Source: Minisyncoccota bacterium
Lineage (GTDB): Bacteria; Patescibacteriota; Minisyncoccia; Moranbacterales; UBA2206
Direction of reading: 5' to 3'
Assembly: GCA_031291955.1 (NCBI GenBank)
Contig: JARLIA010000005.1
Span: forward strand, 9,214-73,213
DNA length: 64,000 nucleotides
In this document: in pieces, positions 38,111-47,278 of the stretch
Layout: each line of letters begins with the position of its first letter
Numbering within the stretch: the first letter of the stretch is position 1
Notes under the pieces: model-generated
Databases searched by the model: none
Told to the model about the DNA's origin: nothing
Seen by the model: only the letters and a program-made list of their open reading frames with translations
Made by a program: the position numbers and the translations under genes

Positions 38111-39268
38111 ATGCCCAACAGAAAAACAATCTTCCTGGTACTAGTTTTCTGCGGGCTTTTCGGTCTGGCGAAAAGTTCGCTGGCGGTGCCGAGTATTTCC
38201 GGCTTTTCCGGGACGGTGGTCAACGAATCATCAATCACCATATCGGGGAGTGGTTTTCAGAGTAAAGCCACGGCTAAGCCCCTGTTATGGGCTGATTTTG
38301 CGGAAGGAAATACCAATCCTTCATCGCTCGGCCAGATTACATCCTGGGATATCGCAGAAAGTCCAGTTCTAGACTCAAGTCCTTCCATTGACTGCCACTC
38401 GTCTCATTGCATGACATCTGGCTCACAATTCTGGTACAGCAATGGCGGTAATGGTATGGCAATGGGTATCAATCCCGCGGGATTGGTCGGGACTTACGGT
38501 CAACAGATGTATATTAATTTTTGGAGAAGGATTGACAGCCATTATGCCTCGGAAATTCAGACCAGCCAAGGGCCTAACGTGAAATGGCTAAGAATTTGGG
38601 GGAACGACACAAACCCGCCGCACGGATACCCCGATACATATACCTCTCAAGTACAATGCGACGGAGGGAATCCGATTTACACGGAAATGGCCGGTTCATG
38701 GGAGGTGTGGCCCGGTAGCTGGATTCTTCCCACGACCACTTGGAAAAATGAGGAATACATATATAAATACAATAGTGCGGTCGGTCAAGCCAATGGTGTA
38801 TTTGATATTCAAATGAATCAGATAATGGAGTCAACGTCTACTAATTGGCAATCCGATTCTTCATCATACCCACTGACAGGTCAGGGTGATATTGATATTC
38901 AAGATGAATTCAGCCCGGAAACTTGCGGTTCAGACTCGTCATATATGCCGCAATCACCCGATGCAGTCTGGTATGACGGCATTTATATTGACGACACGTG
39001 GCAGCGGGTGATGATTTGCGATTCTTCAACCTGGGCAAGCAGAACGCACTGCGAAATCCAGATTCCCTCCGCCTGGTCGGATAACGGAACCGCGGCATCC
39101 ATAACGGCTACCGCTAATCAAGGATCATTCCCCGACGGTTCTACCGCCTATCTCTACGTCGTCGATTCAACCAACACCACCAACGCCTCCGGCTATCCGA
39201 TCGCCTTCGGTTCTTTCGGTTCCGGCACCGCTGTTCCCAACAGCCCGACGGGACTGAGTGTGGAATGA
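38111..39268 (+). CDS. secreted hypothetical protein ending in ...VPNSPTGLSVE
   Basis: Signal peptide. No enzymatic motif recognised. The C-terminus resembles the first strand of an FN3 domain. Confidence 0.6.
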   Translation: MPNRKTIFLVLVFCGLFGLAKSSLAVPSISGFSGTVVNESSITISGSGFQSKATAKPLLWADFAEGNTNPSSLGQITSWDIAESPVLDSSPSIDCHSSHCMTSGSQFWYSNGGNGMAMGINPAGLVGTYGQQMYINFWRRIDSHYASEIQTSQGPNVKWLRIWGNDTNPPHGYPDTYTSQVQCDGGNPIYTEMAGSWEVWPGSWILPTTTWKNEEYIYKYNSAVGQANGVFDIQMNQIMESTSTNWQSDSSSYPLTGQGDIDIQDEFSPETCGSDSSYMPQSPDAVWYDGIYIDDTWQRVMICDSSTWASRTHCEIQIPSAWSDNGTAASITATANQGSFPDGSTAYLYVVDSTNTTNASGYPIAFGSFGSGTAVPNSPTGLSVE

Positions 39269-39274
39269 AAAAAC

Positions 39275-40978
39275 ATGAAAATCAATAAAGCAAAAAATCA
39301 ATTAATCACCCTCGCTATTATTTTTTTCGGGCTTTTTGGTCTGGCGAGAACGTCCCATGCCGCCGATTTCTACATCGCCCAGACAGCGGCCGGATCGGGA
39401 AATGGAACGTCGTGCGCCAACGCAAAAGCCTATACGTGGAATTGGTCAGGTGTTCAGCCGGGAGATACCATTTGGATTTGTGGTACGATCAATCTCGTTT
39501 GGGGGGAAAATGTGCTTGTCGGAGCGTCCGGTAGTGCAACCACGCATACTCCTGTGGTGCTTGCCTTTTGTGACGCTGGAGACTGCGGGGGAACATATTC
39601 TCCAGGCGTTGTCCAGTCCGTTGGTCAAGCCGATGACATAATGATCGGTTCGGGGATGCACGACATAGTGATCGACGGCAAAAATGTTGGAGTGGTCCAA
39701 GCGACTAACAACGGAAGCGCGATAGATGGATATGCAAATCAGGGTAGTCCCGTCGGGGTTTATGTCTACGGTAGTACCGATCATATCACGGTTCAAAATC
39801 TTACCATCCAAAAAATCTATGTTCATCAGTATCAGACCACTACTAATGATACTGCGCAGAATGGGATGGGGTTAGGAATATGGTTTCAAGGCACGACAAA
39901 TGCTAATGTCAACAATTGCACTATATCTGACGCAGCTACTGGCATTGTGCTAGGAAGTGGTACAAGCCTGGTTAATGTATATGATAATACTATAAAACAT
40001 TGCTGCATGGGTATATCTGGAGGTTCTGGCGCAGACGATCAGACCATGGACGCTATCGACGTATATGACAACGACATAGAAATGGGCGCGAATTGGATGA
40101 GTCTCGATGGCAATGATTGCCATGCGAACGGAATATATCTTTATAGCGATGGACACCCCAATCTGACATCATCTACTTTGACCAACGCGCAATTTTATAA
40201 TAACTATATCCATGGGCCGTTTGCATATTGGACAAACTTTCCATCGGGAAGCGTCTATGGATGCACAGGGTTTTTCCACTATGATTATGGAGCTGGTTCC
40301 GGAAATATTTTTTTTAATAATCTAGTGGTGGCTGGTCCTTATATTAATACTTCAGCCTCGCCAAATCCATCTAATGGAGCGGTGTCTTGGGCAGACCTTG
40401 AGACGTTGCCAAAGATGTGGAACAACACAGTAATTGGACCTTGGCCGGGAAGTTGGTGTTTTGCGGGTGGAACAGAGGCAGGAGGAGTCAGTCAATCGAG
40501 TGATCCGGATATTAGAAACAATGTGTGTGTTAATGTTGCTGACGGTACCTATGACGGCTTTTACAAATCGCAGGCTGATTACAATGACGAGAACTCGTTT
40601 TACGCTGCTGACATACAGGGAACCGGGTATTCCTTGGCAAACTGGAAGACTGCGTTGGGTGATTCCTGCACCGGCACACCACCGAATGCAACTCCCGCAA
40701 ACAGAGAATGCAACAGCATTGCAACTGCCCCGGCACTCTCTTTGAGTTATGTTCCAACGGGAGCGCCACTTGTTCAGGCGGGAGGAAATCTGTCGTCGTA
40801 TTGTGCCACTTACCCGGCTCTTTGTTATGACAAGCCACTAACAGTTGGCGCGGGCTCGGGCGCTACAGCCGGTGCCGCCCGGCCTAGCTCCGGCGCCTGG
40901 GACATTGGCGCCTACCAATACCAATCCGGATCCGGCACCACTGTTCCCAACGGACCGACGGGACTGACAGTAATGTGA
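39275..40978 (+). CDS. secreted right-handed beta-helix (pectin-lyase-fold-like) protein ending in ...VPNGPTGLTVM
   Basis: Signal peptide. Repeated N/G/T-rich coil motifs typical of a parallel beta-helix. The C-terminal motif is the same as in the previous gene. Confidence 0.65.
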   Translation: MKINKAKNQLITLAIIFFGLFGLARTSHAADFYIAQTAAGSGNGTSCANAKAYTWNWSGVQPGDTIWICGTINLVWGENVLVGASGSATTHTPVVLAFCDAGDCGGTYSPGVVQSVGQADDIMIGSGMHDIVIDGKNVGVVQATNNGSAIDGYANQGSPVGVYVYGSTDHITVQNLTIQKIYVHQYQTTTNDTAQNGMGLGIWFQGTTNANVNNCTISDAATGIVLGSGTSLVNVYDNTIKHCCMGISGGSGADDQTMDAIDVYDNDIEMGANWMSLDGNDCHANGIYLYSDGHPNLTSSTLTNAQFYNNYIHGPFAYWTNFPSGSVYGCTGFFHYDYGAGSGNIFFNNLVVAGPYINTSASPNPSNGAVSWADLETLPKMWNNTVIGPWPGSWCFAGGTEAGGVSQSSDPDIRNNVCVNVADGTYDGFYKSQADYNDENSFYAADIQGTGYSLANWKTALGDSCTGTPPNATPANRECNSIATAPALSLSYVPTGAPLVQAGGNLSSYCATYPALCYDKPLTVGAGSGATAGAARPSSGAWDIGAYQYQSGSGTTVPNGPTGLTVM

Positions 40979-41013
40979 TATAATAAAGAGGACAGAGAAT
41001 CAAACCTAAAAAC

Positions 41014-41400
41014 ATGAAACAGTTCGCTAAAATCTTTCTTCTTATTCTGCTAATTACCATAGTCTCTGTCTGGCTGGGAGGTGTCCCGACTTATGTTCAA
41101 GGAACAGCGATGCTGAGTTGGAACGGAGTTTCTGATTCAAATATCAGCGGCTATAAAATTTATTACGGCACTGAACCCAGAAATGGAAATTGCCCGCCGG
41201 GCGGGTACGCCCAAAATATCAATGTTGGTAAAAATACCCGCTATACTCTCAAAAATTTGGCGCTGGGGAAAACATATTATTTTTCGGTAACTTCCTACGA
41301 TTCTTCTGGAAAAGAAAGTTGTTTTTCCAAGGAGATGAAAAAAGCCATCGCCCCTTCTTTTTTTGATCGGTTCAGAAATCTCTTTCTGAAAAAGAAATGA
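41014..41400 (+). CDS. membrane-anchored single-FN3-domain protein
   Basis: Signal/anchor followed by LSWNGVSDSNISGYKIYYG...YYFSVTSYD, an FN3 signature. Confidence 0.5.
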   Translation: MKQFAKIFLLILLITIVSVWLGGVPTYVQGTAMLSWNGVSDSNISGYKIYYGTEPRNGNCPPGGYAQNINVGKNTRYTLKNLALGKTYYFSVTSYDSSGKESCFSKEMKKAIAPSFFDRFRNLFLKKK

Positions 41401-41504
41401 GGATAAATCATGATCGTGGATAACTTGGCGGTGCGGAGCTGTTGCTGAATATATTTTTATGTTAAAATACGAGTGTTGGAAAAATACAATGAAAATAAAA
41501 ATCT

Positions 41505-42101
41505 GTGGATGACCAGAAACAAAAAAAGAAACTTTTTCTCACAAGCGTTTTTGTGTTTGGCTTGCTTTTATTTTTTTCTTCCGCTCATGGCGTTTTGGCT
41601 GCCAATAGCGGACGTCTGATAGTCAACTGGACGCCGCCAACTAAAAACGCTGACGGTTCTGATCTTACCGATCTCGCCGGTTATATTGTTTATTACGGTA
41701 CCACTTCTCATTCAGGCACTTGCCCGGCGGTTTTTGGCAGTGCGGGTCCTTATGATTCTTCCGTCACTGTCGCTAATCCGGCGGCCACCAGCCAGGAGAT
41801 TACCGGGCTGACCGAAAATCAAACCTACTATTTTGCCGTAATCGCCTATAATGCCAGTGACAATATGAGCGGTTGCGCCACGACCAGCGGCAGTTCAACA
41901 GAAGTGAGCAAAAAAGCCAGATATCAGGCAGATTTTGATGAAAATGGAAGTGTGGGCTTGGGCGACTGGAGCGCGTTCCATGTCAACTATGGCATGTCAA
42001 GCGGTGCTACATTCGCCGATGGAGACGCCGATGGAGACGGGAAAGTCGGTCTGTCTGATTGGAGTATTTTTCATGGAGAATATGGCGATTCCATTAACTA
42101 A
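41505..42101 (+). CDS. secreted FN3 protein with two dockerin-like Ca-binding repeats
   Basis: FN3 (LIVNWTPP...YYFAVIAYN), then DFDENGSVGLGDWSAFHVNYG and DGDADGDGKVGLSDWSIFHGEYG. Confidence 0.55.
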   Translation: MDDQKQKKKLFLTSVFVFGLLLFFSSAHGVLAANSGRLIVNWTPPTKNADGSDLTDLAGYIVYYGTTSHSGTCPAVFGSAGPYDSSVTVANPAATSQEITGLTENQTYYFAVIAYNASDNMSGCATTSGSSTEVSKKARYQADFDENGSVGLGDWSAFHVNYGMSSGATFADGDADGDGKVGLSDWSIFHGEYGDSIN

Positions 42102-42127
42102 ATCATAAAGAAAGTAGAAAAATAAAA

Positions 42128-45121
42128 ATGAAAAATCGACGCTTTATTAAAATATTTCTTCTCAGGTCAAGTATTTTTGCGCTGACGTTGGTAGTGGCAG
42201 GTTTTTTCAGTGTTCGTAATTTTTCCACTGTCTTGAGCGCCACGGATAGCACCTTGTCTTTCAATCCGGCTACGACTACTCAAGCGATTGGTTCCGATTT
42301 CACAATGGACGCGGTGGTAAATCCGGGTTCGACCAACGAAGTTAATGGAGTGGAGTTGCATGTCACTTATGATCAGGCAAAATTAAGGCTGGACAGTATC
42401 ACCAAAGGGACCGCTTTCGTTATAACTTTGGCCGGCGCCAGCATTCCTGGCGATGGTACCGCCTCTATCGCCGTGGGAACCGATTATGGCAGCAATGTGA
42501 CAACTTCGCAAACCGTGGCTACTTTTCATTTTCATGCTCTGGCAACGGTAACCAGTTCGCCGGTGGCGTTTGCCTCTACTTGCGACATAACGGCGGACAA
42601 CACTGGCGGAACCAATGATTTTGACGCCGCCGGATCAAGCAATGGAGCGGTAACTTTGACTTCAACCGATACAACAGCTCCCACCGGCGGTTCTATTAGT
42701 TATACCAATGGAAATTACACTGCCGCAACGGTCGCGCTGACGGTTGATGATGGCACGGACGAAACCGGCGGTTCCGGCATTAATCCTGACTCGCGCATCA
42801 TTCAGCGCCAAGAGGCTACGTTGTCCGCCGGCTCTTGCGGCACTTACGGATTATGGGGCAATATTGCGACCTATTCCACTATTAATGGCACTTATCCCAA
42901 TTTTACCGATGCCACTGTCTCTTCCGGAAAATGTTACAAATATCAATATCTCGTTTCCGATAACGCCGGAAATCCAGCGACGTACACTTCCGCTAATGTG
43001 GCCAAAGTGGACACCGCCGCGCCTTCCGGAGGATCAATCACTTATACCAATGGCTATTTCACTTCGGCCAGTGTTTCGTTGACTGCGGCTGATGGCACCG
43101 ACGCGGCTTCCGGTCTCAATACTTCCAGCCGGATCGTCAAACGCCAGTCAGCCACTCTGGCCAATGGCACTTGCGGTACTTATAGTCCCTCCTGGAGCGA
43201 TGTTACTTCCAGTCTTACCGGCAGTTACCCGAATTTTACCGACGGGACGGTTGTATCGGGAAATTGCTATCAATATGAATATTTAATCTCCGATAATTTC
43301 GGCAATCAGGCGACCTATACTTCCACCAATGTAGCCAAGGTGGACACAGTCGCGCCTTCCGGCGGTTCAATGACTTATACCGATGGAAATTATACCACCG
43401 CTTCGGTGGCTCTGACTGTGGGTGATGGTACTGATTCTGTTTCTGGTATCAGTGCGGCTTCGCGGATCATTCAGCGGCAGGAAGCCACACTGTCTGCTGG
43501 ATCCTGTGGTTCTTACGGCTCATGGGGAAGTATTACTTCTGATGTAACTGGCACTTATCCTAATTTTACCGATGGAACTGTCGTGTCCGGAAAATGCTAC
43601 CAATATAAATATCTGGTTTCCGATAATGCCAGCAACCAAGCGACTTACACTTCCGCTAATGTGGCCAAAGTGGACACCGCCGCGCCTTCCGGCGGATCAA
43701 TCACTTATACTGATGGATTTCACACTTCCGCGTCGGTCGGGCTCACGGCAAATGACGGTACAGATAGTGTTTCCGGCATTAATACTTCCAGTCGAATCGT
43801 CAAGCGCCGGTCATCTACTTTAACTGGGACGACCTGCGGCAGTTACGGTTCCTGGAGCGACATTACTTCCAGCCTCACTGGCAGCTATCCTGACTTCACC
43901 GACACAACAGTAATAACGGATCATTGTTACCAATACGAATATCTGGTTTCTAACAATGTCGGCAACCAGGCGACGTACGCTTCAAACAATGCGGCCAAGG
44001 TGGATACATCCGCTCCAGTGATTTCTGGCGAAACTGCCGCCAGTATCGCCGATGTGTCCACTGTTATTACCTGGACAACCAATGAAGCAGCTACTTCGCA
44101 GGTGGAATATGGGACGGACACTTCCTATGGTTCGACCACTACGCTTGATTCTAGCTACGTCACCTCCCACTCCCAAAATCTTTCCGGGCTCACTCCTAAT
44201 ACCCCATATCATTATCGGGTAATATCCTCTGACGGCGTGCCGAACCAATCTACTGGAAATGATCATACTTTTACCACTTCGATTACCATGGTTGCGACGC
44301 CCGTGGCCGATCCGGCCGGGGACACCTATTCTTCAACTCAGTCAGTGAATCTTTCCAGTGCTACCAATGGAGCCACCATCCATTACACCGTCGATGGGAC
44401 AGATCCCAGTGCTTCTTCGCCCGTCTATTCTTCTGCTATTGGTGTTTCTTATAGCCTAACCATTAAGGCCATTGCTATGAAGTCAGGTATGGCGGATAGT
44501 GCTGTGATGTCGGAAGATTATATTATCGGTTCAAGCGGAAACTCATCAAGCTCCTCAAGTTCAAAATCAACCGATATTTCCAAACCTAAATTGAGAATTG
44601 GTTCGACCAAGGAATCTATTAAAAATAAAACTATTTATGCTGGTGCGCACACTTTCAGTTTTGAAGGACAAAGTGACGCTTTGGTCAGGGGTGAGGTGAA
44701 AGTTTATAAAAACGGCCGTCATTATAAAACGGTTTCGGCCGATTCGCACGGTTCTTGGGGAGCGAAAATAAATATTTCCAATGATGGAAATTATGATTTC
44801 AAGCTTTACTATTACGACGCTGATTCCAATGATCTTGGCCATAGCGATAAATTTACTGTTAAGGTGGACACTTCCGCGCCGGAAATTACAGATCTGCCTC
44901 TCGTTTTCCACAAGCGGGTAGGACAGCTGGTTTGGTGGACAGCTCAAGATGACCAGGGGGTTGACCATTACAAATACGAACTGGATGGGAAAATAAACAA
45001 TATCAAGAAAGCTTCTTTCATCATGCCGCAAGTCGGTTGGGGCGTGCATATTCTTACTGTCACTGTCTATGACAAGGCCGGCAACGAAACGACCAAAAAA
45101 GTGGCGATTACGGTATGGTAG
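42128..45121 (+). CDS. giant secreted protein with five tandem ~115-aa repeats, an FN3 domain and a chitobiase/beta-hexosaminidase C-terminal-like domain
   Basis: Signal peptide. The unit TAPTGGSI(S/T)YTNG..TAA(T/S)V.LT..DGTD...G.....RI.QRQ.ATL..G.CG.YG repeats five times with near-identical nucleotide sequence. Confidence 0.8.
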   Translation: MKNRRFIKIFLLRSSIFALTLVVAGFFSVRNFSTVLSATDSTLSFNPATTTQAIGSDFTMDAVVNPGSTNEVNGVELHVTYDQAKLRLDSITKGTAFVITLAGASIPGDGTASIAVGTDYGSNVTTSQTVATFHFHALATVTSSPVAFASTCDITADNTGGTNDFDAAGSSNGAVTLTSTDTTAPTGGSISYTNGNYTAATVALTVDDGTDETGGSGINPDSRIIQRQEATLSAGSCGTYGLWGNIATYSTINGTYPNFTDATVSSGKCYKYQYLVSDNAGNPATYTSANVAKVDTAAPSGGSITYTNGYFTSASVSLTAADGTDAASGLNTSSRIVKRQSATLANGTCGTYSPSWSDVTSSLTGSYPNFTDGTVVSGNCYQYEYLISDNFGNQATYTSTNVAKVDTVAPSGGSMTYTDGNYTTASVALTVGDGTDSVSGISAASRIIQRQEATLSAGSCGSYGSWGSITSDVTGTYPNFTDGTVVSGKCYQYKYLVSDNASNQATYTSANVAKVDTAAPSGGSITYTDGFHTSASVGLTANDGTDSVSGINTSSRIVKRRSSTLTGTTCGSYGSWSDITSSLTGSYPDFTDTTVITDHCYQYEYLVSNNVGNQATYASNNAAKVDTSAPVISGETAASIADVSTVITWTTNEAATSQVEYGTDTSYGSTTTLDSSYVTSHSQNLSGLTPNTPYHYRVISSDGVPNQSTGNDHTFTTSITMVATPVADPAGDTYSSTQSVNLSSATNGATIHYTVDGTDPSASSPVYSSAIGVSYSLTIKAIAMKSGMADSAVMSEDYIIGSSGNSSSSSSSKSTDISKPKLRIGSTKESIKNKTIYAGAHTFSFEGQSDALVRGEVKVYKNGRHYKTVSADSHGSWGAKINISNDGNYDFKLYYYDADSNDLGHSDKFTVKVDTSAPEITDLPLVFHKRVGQLVWWTAQDDQGVDHYKYELDGKINNIKKASFIMPQVGWGVHILTVTVYDKAGNETTKKVAITVW
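42670..44030 (+). repeat. five tandem ~345-bp near-identical coding repeats inside the 42128 gene
   Basis: For example, gtggccaaagtggacaccgccgcgccttccgg..atcaatcacttata recurs at about 42995 and about 43660. Confidence 0.7.
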
Positions 45122-45140
45122 TTGTTCTGTTATTGAGATT

Positions 45141-45173
45141 GCCGGAGATGGTTTGTCCATCTCCGGCTTTTTT
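45141..45173 (+). terminator. intrinsic terminator
   Basis: Hairpin gccggagatggtttgtccatctccggc followed by TTTTTT. Confidence 0.7.
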
Positions 45174-45225
45174 AATTCTTGCTTTTGAGTTAAAATAGAA
45201 GCAGAAAAACAAAAAACCAAAAATT

Positions 45226-46143
45226 ATGTTCTGGCTTTTTATTGCCACCTTTGCTTACCTTCTCATCGCTCTTCAATCGACGCTCGATAAGTTCCTTTTA
45301 AGCTCGCGTCGTGTGGGTCATCCAGCCACCTACACTTTTTATTCCGGCCTTTTAAGTCTTACGGCTATTCTCCTTCTTCCTTTCGGTTTCCATCTCATTG
45401 CCCCGGCAGTGGCCGCCTGGGAAATTTTGGCTGGAGCGGTTTTTTCCTATGGCGTATTTTTTCTTTTTTGGGCCATCCGCGACCACGAAGCAACGCAAGT
45501 CGTGCCAGTGGTTGGCGCGGTAACGGCCGTGGCCACTTACGTTTTTTCTTTTTTACTTTTGGGCGAGCGCCTGGATCGGCCGGAGCTTTGGGGAATTACT
45601 CTTCTTGTTCTGGGTGGTCTTTTTATTTCACTGGATTTCTCGCCTCAACGTCTCCGGCGGATTTTTTTGGGCTTTGAATCTTCTCTTTTTTCTGGTTTGC
45701 TTTTGGCTCTGGCCTATACTTGGTTTAAAAAATTTTTTGAGAGCGACAATTTTGTGAACGTCTATATTTGGACGCGCCTGGGGCTGATGCTGGGAGCGGC
45801 CAGCCTTTTGCTCTATCCGGCTTGGCGAAAAATTATTTGGTCCTCGCTTTTGAAATTTAAAAAACCGGCCGGCCAGGACGCCCACACCGGATCGATTTTC
45901 GTCCTCAATAAAACAGTAGGCGGGGTCGGGTCGTTTCTGCTCAATTATGCCATCAGCCTTGGCAGTGTCACAATTGTCAATGCCTTGATCTCTCTGGAGT
46001 ACGTATTTATATTTTTTCTCGTCTGGGGATTTTCTTTCTGGGTTGCCAAAATTTTTGACGAGCGGCGCGACTGGGTGACGATGGCTCAAAAACTTACAGC
46101 TGTGGTTATTATTACGGTCGGGATGTTTTTGGTCGCGAGGTAG
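45226..46143 (+). CDS. DMT/EamA-like polytopic membrane transporter
   Basis: 305 aa, about 10 TM helices, with internally duplicated 5-TM halves. Confidence 0.55.
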   Translation: MFWLFIATFAYLLIALQSTLDKFLLSSRRVGHPATYTFYSGLLSLTAILLLPFGFHLIAPAVAAWEILAGAVFSYGVFFLFWAIRDHEATQVVPVVGAVTAVATYVFSFLLLGERLDRPELWGITLLVLGGLFISLDFSPQRLRRIFLGFESSLFSGLLLALAYTWFKKFFESDNFVNVYIWTRLGLMLGAASLLLYPAWRKIIWSSLLKFKKPAGQDAHTGSIFVLNKTVGGVGSFLLNYAISLGSVTIVNALISLEYVFIFFLVWGFSFWVAKIFDERRDWVTMAQKLTAVVIITVGMFLVAR

Positions 46144-46188
46144 TCTCTGCGAATTACGAATAAAAAATATTAACATAATAATACAAAT

Positions 46189-47226
46189 ATGCGATACGTA
46201 AAAAAAATATTGAAATATCTTGGCTGGGTATTGCTGATGGTGATAATTTTAATCAGCTTGCTTTTTGTCTGGGTCAACTGGCCGGTGCGAAGCGAGGATA
46301 TGAACGCCAAGCTGGGCGTGACTTTTTCTTCGCGCTATGCTTCCGACATCGGGCTGGATTGGAAAAAAAGTTATCTCGCGATGCTCGACGATCTGCACGT
46401 TAAGAAAATCCGTATCCCGGTCTATTGGGACATCACCGAGCCGTCGCCCGGCCAGTATGACTTTTCGGCCATCGACTGGCAATTGGACGAGGCGAAAAAA
46501 CATAACGCCGAAGTGATTTTGGTGGTGGGACAAAAGGTTCCGCGTTGGCCGGAGTGCGCTATTCCGGCTTGGGCCAAGACGAGCGATCAGATGCGGAAAA
46601 CCTCTCTTCTGGATTTTGAAAACGTGGTTATCAACCGCTATAAAAATAATCAGCCGGAAATAAAATATTGGCAGGTGGAAAATGAACCGTTTTTGCTTTT
46701 TGGTTTGTGTCCTGCGCCAAGCGCAACTCTTTTGGATAGCGAAATTTCCGAAGTGCGCCGCGACGACCCGACGCGACAAATCATTGTGACCGATAGCGGG
46801 GAGCTTGGCCACTGGATTCCGGCCGCTTCACGGGCGGATGTTTTCGGGACGACCATGTATCGGACAATCTATAAAGAAGGCTGGGGCTATTATTCTTATC
46901 CGATTGGACCGATGTTCTTTCGGCTGAAATACGCTCTCATCAATCTTTTCGCCCATCAGAATAAAGCCATGGTCATTGAACTCCAGGCCGAGCCGTGGGT
47001 TTCCGGCTACACCACCCAGATGCCGCTCTCCGAGCAGTTTAAATCCATGAATGTCGACAAGCTGAAATCCAACGTGGAATATGCCCGGAAAGTCGGTTTT
47101 CCGGAAATATACTTATGGGGCGTGGAGTGGTGGTATTGGCTGAAAGTCAAAGAAGGCCACCCGGAACTTTGGAATGAAGCTAAAATATTATTCTCTCAGA
47201 ACGGACAGGGTGTTGGTCAGAATTAA
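46189..47226 (+). CDS. glycoside hydrolase, TIM-barrel (GH5-like)
   Basis: N-terminal anchor, IRIPVYWDITEPSPGQYDF, and the catalytic YWQVENEP motif (the NEP acid/base glutamate). Confidence 0.6.
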   Translation: MRYVKKILKYLGWVLLMVIILISLLFVWVNWPVRSEDMNAKLGVTFSSRYASDIGLDWKKSYLAMLDDLHVKKIRIPVYWDITEPSPGQYDFSAIDWQLDEAKKHNAEVILVVGQKVPRWPECAIPAWAKTSDQMRKTSLLDFENVVINRYKNNQPEIKYWQVENEPFLLFGLCPAPSATLLDSEISEVRRDDPTRQIIVTDSGELGHWIPAASRADVFGTTMYRTIYKEGWGYYSYPIGPMFFRLKYALINLFAHQNKAMVIELQAEPWVSGYTTQMPLSEQFKSMNVDKLKSNVEYARKVGFPEIYLWGVEWWYWLKVKEGHPELWNEAKILFSQNGQGVGQN

Positions 47227-47278
47227 AATCCATTAACTTCGACATTGCTTGAATTGTGGAAAAAGTGTATCGTAGAAT

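Noticed and set aside
39269-39274. Possible TGA readthrough fusing 38111-39268 with 39275-40978, which are in the same frame.
   Set aside because: TGA terminates many well-delimited genes here, including the ABC exporter, the giant proteins and the VOC gene. The second ORF also has its own signal peptide.
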